The position numbers and the translations under genes were made by a program. Below, one piece after another: positions 1-8,123 of a stretch of DNA of 36,535 nucleotides. Below the pieces are notes generated by a model. The model was given only the letters and a program-made list of their open reading frames with translations, had not been told where the DNA came from and searched no databases. Positions within the stretch are counted from its first letter, which is position 1. Every line of letters starts with the position of its first letter. Location: positions 1 to 36,535 of the IMG/VR virus record IMGVR_UViG_3300037423_002450, one strand, 5' to 3'. The DNA is from a virus (lineage: Duplodnaviria; Caudoviricetes).

Positions 1-10
1 AAGGTCGCAG
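1..10. repeat. Terminal 10-bp direct repeat AAGGTCGCAG (left copy); candidate cos end or circularisation overlap
   Basis: Identical to 36526-36535, which lies 60 nt upstream of the terS start. Confidence 0.8.
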
Positions 11-119
11 CGCCACCCCCTGCTCGCCCATCCCACACTCGACCCCTCGGCCTGCCGAGTTGTCCATAGGGCGACCTCGCCCACCTCGCTGCCGTGCTCG
101 CGCTCGATGCCCACGCCTT

Positions 120-129
120 CGTGCTACCG
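120..129 (-). promoter_or_regulatory. Putative late promoter CGGTAGCACG, copy 1 (reads across the genome ends into terS/terL)
   Basis: Exact motif copy; GTG at 114 lies 5 nt downstream. Confidence 0.75.
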
Positions 130-144
130 ACGAGGGTGCGGTTT

Positions 145-711
145 TCAGCGCACGCCGAGCGCATCCGCGAGTCGGACCGCGTCGGTCGGGTCCATGCCCG
201 CGTCGAGCGCGGCCATGACCGGGTCGTCGCCGTCGGCCAGCGCCCGCACGACGCCGAGCGGGACCTCCATCTCCGCCGCGAGGTCCTCGAGCGCGCGACC
301 GGACACGGGGGTGATGCCGCCTTCCGCCCAGTCCTCGCCGACGTGGTCGCCGCCCCGCTCGTCGCGCAGCGAGGTGCGCTGGACGTGCTGCGGTCGGCAC
401 CGCGCCGACTCGGCCATGTTCCGCGTGATCGAGGACATGGCCATGAAGAGGTAGTTCGACAGGCTGCTGCGGTCGGGGTCGAACCGCGACTTGCCCTTCT
501 GCCGACGCAGCAGGCCCACGATCACGTCCTGGAAGCCGTCATCCTCGTCGATGCCCAGCCACCGCACCCGCACGTTGAAGCGCTTGTAGTAGATGCGCTT
601 CGCCAGCCCGTAGACCTCGGGGTCGTTCAGGTCGAGGCCCTTCGAGGGGGCGAGCGGGAGGCCGACGCTGCCCTGGTCCCGCCGGCTGGTGGAGGTGTCG
701 CGGCGGTTCAT
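145..711 (-). CDS. Phage-encoded sigma70/ECF-like factor (188 aa), probable late sigma
   Basis: Region-2-like segment DDGFQDVIVGLL..RFDPDRSSLSNYLFMAMSSITRN; C-terminal HTH-like LEDLAAEMEVPLGVV; SD GGAGGG before ATG 711. Confidence 0.7.
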   Translation of the reverse strand: MNRRDTSTSRRDQGSVGLPLAPSKGLDLNDPEVYGLAKRIYYKRFNVRVRWLGIDEDDGFQDVIVGLLRRQKGKSRFDPDRSSLSNYLFMAMSSITRNMAESARCRPQHVQRTSLRDERGGDHVGEDWAEGGITPVSGRALEDLAAEMEVPLGVVRALADGDDPVMAALDAGMDPTDAVRLADALGVR

Positions 712-719
712 GGAATTCC

Positions 720-1132
720 CTCCACGGTCCCGTGGTGGTGGCGTAGCACTGATAGACGGCGTCGAAGCACGCCGATTCCTCGGTGGTACGCTGGTGCTAC
801 GCAGTGGTACGCTACTTGCGTAGCACCGATAGACGAGGTTGAAGCGTTGCAGTTCGGCGGCTCCGCGGCGTGGTACGCGCCCGGCAGCACAATGGACCCG
901 TATAGGGACTCTCCCGAGACAGAGGTGGGCCGAGGTCGGCGACATGCCGGCTCTCCTCTCTCTCCACCCGAGGTCCCCCTAAATAGGTGTCCTCGAAACG
1001 CGTCGCGTAGCACGGGAAAATGCGACGAAAGCGACCTTTGAAACTCTACTGTCGGTGCTACGTGCGCGTACCACGGAAACGGCCGCTCGTGCGCCGTTTC
1101 CATAGGTTCAACGCCGATCGTCGGTACTACGC
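720..1132. other. Putative replication origin: about ten GTGSTACGC iterons in both orientations, lower GC
   Basis: Copies at 741, 783, 794, 804, 818, 870, 1005, 1055, 1066, 1124; 18-mer repeat 741-758/818-835; hairpin 1075-1101; directly downstream of the polymerase-helicase gene. Confidence 0.6.
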
Positions 1133-4100
1133 TCATGCGGCGTCCGTGAACAGCCCGCCCGCCTTCTCCAGCTCGGCCGTCACGCGACCCGCCGTCTCGT
1201 CGTCGTAGACGCCCTCGACGAGGTCGACCGCGCGCCGGAGGATGCGGTAGTGCCGCGGCTGCGGAGCCGAGCGCCCCGTGCCCTGCCGCGTCGGGTACGT
1301 CGGCTCGGGCTTGCCCCCCTTCTTCCGGAACCGCTGCAGCCACCCGCGGTCGAGCCACGTGCGGACGATGGCGTCAGCGTCGTACCCTCGCTCCTCGAGG
1401 AGGTCCTTCAGCGCGTTCGGCAGGAAGGCGAGGAAGGGCCAGCCCTCGTCCTTGTCCCAGACCCCGAGCCATCCGCGATAGGGCGCCCGCGTCTCCTGGT
1501 TCTGCGTGTTGCTGTCGTCGAGCTTGACGATGTGGCGGCCGATGAAGGCCATCTGGTTCGCGCAGGCGTGGGCGTAGACCTCGCGGAGCGCCTCGCTCGC
1601 CTTGTCGGCCTTCTCCGCCGAGTGGACGATCGCCTTCCAGAGCTCCCAGAGGGCGTTCGTCTTGCAGCGCGGCACGCCGAGCTCGCGGCAGATGTCCTCG
1701 CAGACCTGCAGGAGCGCGATCGTGGTCAGGCCGCGCCGCACGACTGCGTCGCCGCCGGCGAGCCGCCCCCACTCCTCATGAGCCCCGCGGAACCGCTCCT
1801 TCAGCCACGCGATGCGACCCTCGCCCTGCAGCCACTGGACGAGCCGGGGGCCGAGGTGGCCGTGGTTCTCCAGGAGCGCGAGGGTCACCTGCTCGGCGAG
1901 TTGGCCGCCCTCCGCGCTCTGCCCGCCGAAGGGCGACCCCCAGAGGACGAAGCACCGGGCGTTCGCGCCGCCCGCCTTCGTGTAGGACGTTGCCGGCGCC
2001 TCGCCGGTCGAGAGCAGCACGGAGCGCCACGTGTTCGAGGCCCGGACGCCGTCGACGCTACCGCGCCCGCGACCCTGCCCCTGCGCGAACATGTAGAGCA
2101 CGTTCCCGATGACCGATGCGTCGTGCACCGCCTTCGTGTCGTCGAGGAAGAGCGGGAGGTCGGCGTTGATGTTGGCGTACCGCTCGATGAAGGCCCTCGT
2201 CGCGTTCCACGGCCGGATCAGGCCGTTGTCGCGGTCGTTCGGGTAGCCCCAGACCGACGCGCCGACGCGAAGCACGGTCGTCTTCCCCTGCGAGGTCGAG
2301 CCCGCCCAATCGACCACCGGGTTCCCAACCCCCGGCAGATGCCGGAGCAGCGGGGGGCCCATCGCGGCGAGCACAGCGATCATCGCGGCCGGGTAGCGGC
2401 TGATCTGTTCGATGGCCGCGCACCACCCCTCCCACGTGCCGGAGGTGCGGTACCCGATGACGAACTGTCGAAGCCCCGGGTCGATCTCAGCCATCCGGAC
2501 CGGCGGATCGGCAACGGGACCGTCGACGCCGATGAACGTGGTCCCCCAGGTGAACCCGCCCTCACGCCACCCGAGCACGGTGGTCGTCTTCCGCTTCGGG
2601 AGGTGCGACTCGTTCTCCGCGAGGAAGGCTTCGATGTAGGCGACGACGTCCCGCGCGCTCTCGCTCGAGACTGGGAGCCCGAACTCGGCCTGCTCGGCGA
2701 GGTGGCGGGCGACCTGCGCAACACGTCGCGGGACCTGTCGCGTCTGCCAGCCGCCGGCGCCGTACCACTGCACGAGCAGCGTCTGCGTGCCGTCGTCGAC
2801 GTCGACGTCGACTCCAACGACGAACAGCGGGCGGGTGCAGATCCGCGTGAGCTCCTCCTGGATCTCGCCGCTCGGGAGCTGCCGCACCTTCACGGACCAC
2901 ACGCCCTGCGCGTCGATCGCGTACCGGAACGGCATCCGCAGTGCGCACGGGATGTTCGCCGTCGCCGCGAGCTCGCCGAGCGACTCGGCCACGTCCGGCT
3001 GCGTCTTGAACCGCTCCTCGTTCGCCGCGGCGCGGGCCGCCCTGGCGACGTCGATCAGCGCGCGTGCGCGCCGCTCCACGAGCTTCTGCAGGCGGTCAGC
3101 GGCCCCGGACTCGACGGTGCGGACGCTCTCAATTTCGGAGAGCACCACGACCGCGTCGATGTTGAACGCCTTGGCGAGACCGTCGATCAGCTTCGGCGCG
3201 AACAGCTCCTCCGTGACGGGCTTGCGCAACGCGCGGGTCGGCGCGCCCTTGAGGCGGCCGATGATGAGCTGCAGCGCGCGCACCGCCGCGTCGGCTTCCT
3301 CCTGGCGACGCTCGGCCTCCTCGCCGCCCTCGGAGGGGGCGTCCGTGTCGCCGGGCGGCGGTGGCTCTTCGGGGATCTCGCCCTCACCCCAGCGCCCCCG
3401 GATCTCCGTCTTCACCAGCGCGCCGGGCACGCCGACGGCGGCCATGGCCTCGACCATCAGGCGCGAGGCCGCCTCCGCGACCTGGGCGGCGGCGGAGGCC
3501 GGGGCGTCGAGGAGGAGGCCGTCGAACATCGGCAGCACCAGCCGCGCACCCAGCGAGCCCAGCCGCTCGTCGAATCGCTCGAGCACCCAGTCGAGGGCCT
3601 CGGCCTCGACCGACGACCACTGCGCCGAGAGCCCCGCCAGAGCCCGCCCGCCGGCGACGGGGATCTTCACGACCCGGCCCGTCAGCGTGCGCACCTCGAA
3701 CACGTCGCCGGCGCGCTCCGCCTCGCGCAGGACCGCTCGGATGTACTGCTGCAGGTCGGGGTAGCGGGCCTTCCATGCCTTCACGAAGGCTTCGGCGACC
3801 CGGGCCGGGGCGTCGACGATGCGCGCGAGTTGCTCGCGCACCGTCTTCACGCTGCCGCCGTTGATCTGCGACAGCGCGAGCCGCTTGACCGTCTTCCGGC
3901 CGAGGGCCGGGTCGAGCGAGGGGAGAACCTCTGCGGCGAGGTCCTCGTAGCACCGCCCGCCGGCGAGCCCCTCCTGCAGCGCCGCGTCCCCGCTGCGCAC
4001 GCCCGCGATGGTGAGATGCGCTGCCGAGTAGTCGGCGTCGATGAACCGGCGGCCCTCCTCGGAGGGGCCGATGTGCACCCGGAGCGCGTTCGCGACGGTC

Positions 4101-4330
4101 TGGGGCAGGAAGTGGATGCGCCCGCTCGGCTCGCGGTGCCACGACCCCGCGTGGAGGAGACCATCCCGGCCGACGCTGCGAAGCGAGTCGCGGAAGCCCT
4201 CGTAGCGAGCCCGAGCCTCCGCCCCGCGCTCCTCCGCGACGCGGGCGTACTCGTCGAGCGCCCGCCCCATCGAGGGGAGCACGCGCATCGGGGCGAGCTG
4301 GCAGAGGACCTCGGCGACGTCGGCGCTCAT
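1133..4330 (-). CDS. A-family DNA polymerase domain fused to DUF927/Cch-like helicase (putative primase-helicase, 1065 aa)
   Basis: Pol A motifs A (IDADYSAAH), B (RKTVK..LSQINGG) and C (PMFDGLLLD); C-terminal Walker A GSTSQGKTT and Walker B LFLDD in a DUF927-type context. Confidence 0.8.
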   Translation of the reverse strand: MSADVAEVLCQLAPMRVLPSMGRALDEYARVAEERGAEARARYEGFRDSLRSVGRDGLLHAGSWHREPSGRIHFLPQTVANALRVHIGPSEEGRRFIDADYSAAHLTIAGVRSGDAALQEGLAGGRCYEDLAAEVLPSLDPALGRKTVKRLALSQINGGSVKTVREQLARIVDAPARVAEAFVKAWKARYPDLQQYIRAVLREAERAGDVFEVRTLTGRVVKIPVAGGRALAGLSAQWSSVEAEALDWVLERFDERLGSLGARLVLPMFDGLLLDAPASAAAQVAEAASRLMVEAMAAVGVPGALVKTEIRGRWGEGEIPEEPPPPGDTDAPSEGGEEAERRQEEADAAVRALQLIIGRLKGAPTRALRKPVTEELFAPKLIDGLAKAFNIDAVVVLSEIESVRTVESGAADRLQKLVERRARALIDVARAARAAANEERFKTQPDVAESLGELAATANIPCALRMPFRYAIDAQGVWSVKVRQLPSGEIQEELTRICTRPLFVVGVDVDVDDGTQTLLVQWYGAGGWQTRQVPRRVAQVARHLAEQAEFGLPVSSESARDVVAYIEAFLAENESHLPKRKTTTVLGWREGGFTWGTTFIGVDGPVADPPVRMAEIDPGLRQFVIGYRTSGTWEGWCAAIEQISRYPAAMIAVLAAMGPPLLRHLPGVGNPVVDWAGSTSQGKTTVLRVGASVWGYPNDRDNGLIRPWNATRAFIERYANINADLPLFLDDTKAVHDASVIGNVLYMFAQGQGRGRGSVDGVRASNTWRSVLLSTGEAPATSYTKAGGANARCFVLWGSPFGGQSAEGGQLAEQVTLALLENHGHLGPRLVQWLQGEGRIAWLKERFRGAHEEWGRLAGGDAVVRRGLTTIALLQVCEDICRELGVPRCKTNALWELWKAIVHSAEKADKASEALREVYAHACANQMAFIGRHIVKLDDSNTQNQETRAPYRGWLGVWDKDEGWPFLAFLPNALKDLLEERGYDADAIVRTWLDRGWLQRFRKKGGKPEPTYPTRQGTGRSAPQPRHYRILRRAVDLVEGVYDDETAGRVTAELEKAGGLFTDAA

Positions 4331-4917
4331 CGAGCCCCGCTGAAGGCCCGCCGCACCAGGGCCTCGACGTGGGCGTCAGGCCGCTTCCGCAGAGCGAGGC
4401 GGATCGGGAACCACATGTCCTCGGCCGGCGCGTCGCCGACGACATCGACGACGAAGGGCTTGCCGAGCGCGGCCGCGTACCCGACTTCGGTGAGCGTGCC
4501 GAAGCAGTCCGGAGCGTCGAGGCGAACGTAGACGACGTCCGCGCGGCGGATCTGCCCGAGCGCGTTGTCGAGCACGAGGTCCGGCGTGGGCGCGTCCATC
4601 GCGTTCGAGGCGCCCCCGATGCCGAGCCCGTGGGTGGAGCGCCCGTGGTAGCTCACGTGGCAGTTGCTGCCGTCGATGTACCAGGGCCCGACGTAGACGA
4701 GGCGCACCTCGCCGAGGGGCGCCCCATGCGGGAGGGGCACGTCGTGCTCGAGCTCGCCCCGCCGCACGTAGTTGTCGTAGCTGGCACCGCTGTCGGGGAC
4801 GCCGTCGAAGGCGGGTCGCCAGTCGTTCGGGCCGATCTTGCCCGCGGCGTAGACCCGAACGATGCGGCGATCGTCGAGGGGGTAGAGAGGTCGGAACGCA
4901 GGCGCGAGGACGTTCAT
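4327..4917 (-). CDS. Nucleoside 2-deoxyribosyltransferase-like / nucleotide N-glycosidase protein
   Basis: VYAAG, IRRADVVYV and GTLTEVGYAAALGKP match the NDT family signature; ATGA overlaps on both sides. Confidence 0.75.
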   Translation of the reverse strand: MNVLAPAFRPLYPLDDRRIVRVYAAGKIGPNDWRPAFDGVPDSGASYDNYVRRGELEHDVPLPHGAPLGEVRLVYVGPWYIDGSNCHVSYHGRSTHGLGIGGASNAMDAPTPDLVLDNALGQIRRADVVYVRLDAPDCFGTLTEVGYAAALGKPFVVDVVGDAPAEDMWFPIRLALRKRPDAHVEALVRRAFSGAR

Positions 4918-5309
4918 GTGGAGATCCGGGCGGGGTTGGGCTGGACGCGCCCGATCGGGCGGCCCATGAGGAGGTGCCACTCTTCGTGGCAGGAGCGGCA
5001 GACCTCGACGACGGGCCAACGGTCGGCCTTGTCGCCGAAGAACTCGCGCGGGGCGAGGTGGTGGAGTTCGAGGACGGTGAAGGCGCCGCAGACGGCGCAG
5101 GGCGCGAAGCGGTCGGAGTCGAAGGTCGGGCTCTCGCGCCACGGGAGCGCGCTGACGTCGAACGCGCCCTTCGGCAGCCACGTACGCCGCGGGTCTGCCG
5201 CTGCGTCGCAGGCGTAGCACCAGGCGCTGACATGCACGCCCGTCGGGATCTGCACCTTGCAGACCACGGCCTCGCCGTCGCACCGCGTGCACCGGAAGGT
5301 GGGCGTCAC
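4914..5309 (-). CDS. HNH endonuclease-like Zn-binding protein
   Basis: CAVCG..LELHH..VCRSCHEEWH plus N-terminal CxxC pairs; GTGA overlap at start. Confidence 0.7.
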   Translation of the reverse strand: MTPTFRCTRCDGEAVVCKVQIPTGVHVSAWCYACDAAADPRRTWLPKGAFDVSALPWRESPTFDSDRFAPCAVCGAFTVLELHHLAPREFFGDKADRWPVVEVCRSCHEEWHLLMGRPIGRVQPNPARIST

Positions 5310-5548
5310 GGCAGGAGCCGCTGCGCAAGGGGGTACCTGGCCGGGTCGACGACGACGCGCTGGACGGGCTGCAGGTCGCGCCCGGTGCTCTCGCAGCGGT
5401 GCCCGACGAGGCGCCCGTCGGCGTCGAAGCCCTGCACGCGGACGTGCTCGTCGCCAGCGTGGAAGACGCGGCCGCGGTGGCGATCGTCCACAGGTGCGCC
5501 GGCGGGCGCTGCAGCGACCCGCCGGAAGAGAGGGTGCTGCGCGCTCAA
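5306..5548 (-). CDS. Hypothetical protein (80 aa, TTG start)
   Basis: Fills the operon with start/stop overlaps on both sides. Confidence 0.5.
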   Translation of the reverse strand: MSAQHPLFRRVAAAPAGAPVDDRHRGRVFHAGDEHVRVQGFDADGRLVGHRCESTGRDLQPVQRVVVDPARYPLAQRLLP

Positions 5549-5733
5549 GCAGGCACCCTGAAGAGGCGCCAGCGGTCGACGGGGAGCGCGTGGTCGTCGA
5601 GCACCGCGAGCGCGGTGGGGCCGTCGACGTCCTCGCGGACCTCGTCGTAGGACGCCGCGCACGCGACGCACCGCCCCGCCTCGTCGAGGTGGTCATGGTC
5701 GCAGAAGCGACGCGGGAGGAGTCGGGTGTCCAT
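5545..5733 (-). CDS. Small Cys/His-rich hypothetical protein
   Basis: 62-aa ORF with CxH..CxxC; operon packing. Confidence 0.55.
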   Translation of the reverse strand: MDTRLLPRRFCDHDHLDEAGRCVACAASYDEVREDVDGPTALAVLDDHALPVDRWRLFRVPA

Positions 5734-5736
5734 GGC

Positions 5737-6219
5737 CTACCCGACCATCCGCGGCTTCGCCTCGACGTCCGCCCGGAGCTGCGCGAGCCGCTGCATCGCG
5801 GCGTCGATCTCGGCGAGGATGCCCGCGCGTTCGCCGTTCGTGAGCGCCGCCCCGCCCTCGCTCTTCGGGTCGGTCGCCGTCGCGACGGAATCCGCGAGCT
5901 GCCCGGTCGCGCGGGTGACCGCCGCGGCGACGCGCAGAAGGTCGCGCCCGCCCGCCTCACCCTCGGGCGCCTTCACGACGACGAAGCCGGCGATGGACGC
6001 GAGCTCGCCGAGCAGCGGCGTCGCGTCGTCCAGCTTCCGGATCAGCCGCGCGAGCACCCACACGGGCATCGACCGCTCGCCGGCGCGCCACCGCGGCACG
6101 TTCGACTTCTCCACGCCGGCCCAGTGGGCGATCTGCGCGTCGGTCAGGTGCGGGTAGGCGAGTCGGAGGTCGTCGAGGATGCGGCGCGAGGTGCCGTCGT
6201 CGGGGATGGGGCTGGGCAT
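5737..6219 (-). CDS. CII-like HTH regulatory protein
   Basis: HTH LTDAQIAHWAGVEKSNVPRWRAGER; helical C-terminus; downstream of cro; SD GGAG. Confidence 0.6.
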   Translation of the reverse strand: MPSPIPDDGTSRRILDDLRLAYPHLTDAQIAHWAGVEKSNVPRWRAGERSMPVWVLARLIRKLDDATPLLGELASIAGFVVVKAPEGEAGGRDLLRVAAAVTRATGQLADSVATATDPKSEGGAALTNGERAGILAEIDAAMQRLAQLRADVEAKPRMVG

Positions 6220-6240
6220 CGAGGTCTCCGTGGGGGCGGG

Positions 6241-6259
6241 TCGGCGGTGTCACCGCCGA
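6241..6259. promoter_or_regulatory. 19-bp palindrome TCGGCGGTG-T-CACCGCCGA upstream of the CII-like gene
   Basis: Perfect 9-bp inverted arms; overlaps a GTCACC half-site. Confidence 0.45.
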
Positions 6260-6466
6260 TGACAAGCGGGCGTGCGAGGTTGGAAACACACCGGAGCAAT
6301 GACGATGGGTTCGAACGGACGGACAAGGAGCGTTCCGCTGGCGACGTGGATCGCGGCGGTCGAGGTGCTCGAGGTGGAGGAGGTGCCGGCCCGTCAGCGG
6401 GGGCCGCTCCGCGTCGTCGACCCGCGCCTCGGTGGTGGTGGCCGAGGCGCTTGGTCGTCTGTCAAC

Positions 6467-6760
6467 TCAGGCGGCCGGGCGGAGCTCCGGACGGGGGTTC
6501 GGGCCGAGGATCTCGTCGTCGGCCGCGAGCTTCAGGGCGTGGATGCGCTCCCAGCCGGTGATCGACAGGACGTCGAGGAGCGCCACGAAGTGGCCGAGCG
6601 TGGGCGCCCGGCCGTGCTGCCAGTCGGGGTTGAACCAGCGGGAGACGGTCGCGACCGTGACGTCGACGTCGCGCGCGACGAGGCGCCGCTGCACGTCGGT
6701 GATAGACCAGCCGAGGCGCTCCCGGCGCTCGGAGAGGAAGAGGGCAAGCGAACGCTGCAC
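6467..6760 (-). CDS. Cro-like XRE HTH protein 1
   Basis: Small HTH (WSITDVQRRL..VTVATVSRW..PTL), divergent from repressor 1. Confidence 0.75.
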   Translation of the reverse strand: MQRSLALFLSERRERLGWSITDVQRRLVARDVDVTVATVSRWFNPDWQHGRAPTLGHFVALLDVLSITGWERIHALKLAADDEILGPNPRPELRPAA

Positions 6761-6763
6761 GTC

Positions 6764-6830
6764 GTCACCTCGCAGGCGACAGTGTCACCCGGAAGGTCAC
6801 ACCCTGTCAAGGGGTCGCCTGCGAGGTACG
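6764..6830. promoter_or_regulatory. Three 17-bp operator-like sites and a leftward TTGACA -35 (switch 1)
   Basis: GTCACC-N5-GGCGAC (6764), GTCACC-N5-GGTCAC (6784), GTCGCC-N5-GGTACG (6814); TTGACA on minus at 6805-6810. Confidence 0.65.
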
Positions 6831-6838
6831 TGGGCGCG

Positions 6839-7747
6839 ATGCCGCTCACGAGCGAGATCGGGTCACTACTACGTCGGGTCCGCGAGGACGCCGGACTCAC
6901 CCGCTCCGAGCTCTCCCGCCGGCTCGGCATCACCCTCACGCAGGTCTCCCGCATCGAGAGCGGTGAGCGTCAGCCGCCTCTCGACACGCTCGAAGCATGG
7001 GCGAACGCCTGCGACAGGTCGGTCCTGCTCGCGTTCCGACGCCCCGACGCCATGCCTGCGGGTGAGCACGAGGCCCTCGTCCAGGACATCATGAACATGC
7101 TCGGCGCCCTGACCAGGTCAGAGGTCGAGGTCGTCCACAAGTGCGTCGAGTCGATGCCGGAAAGTTCGGCGGAAGAGCGAGAGGAACTCCTCGCCCACCT
7201 GCGGAACATCCAGAACGCGAACGCGCTGGCCTGCAAGCAGCGGATGGACCTCATCACCGGAATCGACGACATCGACGAGGCGCTCGCCCGTGCCGAGAAC
7301 GCGATGGCTGCCGACGAAGTAGCCCTCGCCCGCTTGCGGGTGGACGCGGAGGCGACGTCAGGCAGCGCCCGGCGGGGCATCGAACTGGCCATGGAAAGCG
7401 TGCTCGGGTCGCTGCGAGAGAGCGCCGAGTACATCGAGCTTCTGAAGCGATTCCGGCGCCCCAAGGCCCTTCAAGAGATCGAGGTGGCCGTCCGCGAGGC
7501 CGACCAGGCAACGCACGCCGCGGCCGAAGCCCTTGCCGCGGCCGAGCACGAACTACGGCTCTTCGCCAGCACCGAGAGCACCATGCCGCAGCTCGAGTGG
7601 AGCGACGAGTTGCAGCGCCTCAACGGGCGCTATCGCGAGGCGCTCGCCGCGTGGGAGGCCGCCGAGCAGCGGCTCTGGCGCCTACAGCAGGAGAAGAAGG
7701 ACGCGGCCGAGGCCCCCCAGCCCCCAGCACGGTCGGGGCTGCCGTGA
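6839..7747 (+). CDS. CI-like XRE repressor 1 with long coiled-coil C-terminus (302 aa)
   Basis: N-terminal HTH LLRRVREDAGLTRSELSRRLGITLTQVSRIESGERQP. Confidence 0.8.
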   Translation: MPLTSEIGSLLRRVREDAGLTRSELSRRLGITLTQVSRIESGERQPPLDTLEAWANACDRSVLLAFRRPDAMPAGEHEALVQDIMNMLGALTRSEVEVVHKCVESMPESSAEEREELLAHLRNIQNANALACKQRMDLITGIDDIDEALARAENAMAADEVALARLRVDAEATSGSARRGIELAMESVLGSLRESAEYIELLKRFRRPKALQEIEVAVREADQATHAAAEALAAAEHELRLFASTESTMPQLEWSDELQRLNGRYREALAAWEAAEQRLWRLQQEKKDAAEAPQPPARSGLP

Positions 7748-7808
7748 CGGCCGCGCGGCCTCATCGCGACGTGCAGGCAAGATCGTGGATGAACGGGTGC
7801 CTGATGGC

Positions 7809-8078
7809 CTACGCCGCCCGGGTCCTCGTGATGTCCTCGACCCGCGAGCGCGCCAACTCGAGGCCGCGCAGTCGCTCCTCCGGCGACAGCCCGAGCGCCT
7901 CGACGAGCACGGCGTACTGGCCGAGCGTGGGGACACGGTTGAACCGCTCGGACTCCCAGAAGCGGAGGCTCGCCTCGGTGATGCCGGTGACCTCGGGAGC
8001 GACCTCCGCACACCGTCGGGCGAGCCCTCGACGAGAGGTCGTGCCGCGAGCGGCCGAGAGGAAGGCGCCGAACCGCAT
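7809..8078 (-). CDS. Cro-like XRE HTH protein 2 (paralog of 6467-6760)
   Basis: Shares R.PTLG....L...L.....ER...L.LA with Cro-1; divergent from repressor 2. Confidence 0.75.
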   Translation of the reverse strand: MRFGAFLSAARGTTSRRGLARRCAEVAPEVTGITEASLRFWESERFNRVPTLGQYAVLVEALGLSPEERLRGLELARSRVEDITRTRAA

Positions 8079-8123
8079 GGCTGAATCCTACACGCGTCTT
8101 GCAGGTACGCAAGGAAGTGATGC

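Noticed and set aside
712-945. N-terminal extension of the sigma-like ORF to 945
   Set aside because: Runs through the iteron region; a strong SD precedes ATG 711
1250-4531. Long plus-strand ORFs (1093 aa here; also 20749-24351, 23823-26093 and others)
   Set aside because: Antisense shadows of real genes in GC-rich DNA; R/G/V/A-rich with no motifs
3947-5221. Plus-strand CGTAGCACC matches inside the replicase and HNH genes
   Set aside because: Partial matches, opposite orientation and intragenic; not counted as late promoters
6272-6838. In-frame upstream extension of repressor 1 (ATG 6299 with GGAG)
   Set aside because: Antisense to cro1 and crosses the operators; the HTH starts right after ATG 6839. 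Not fully excluded.
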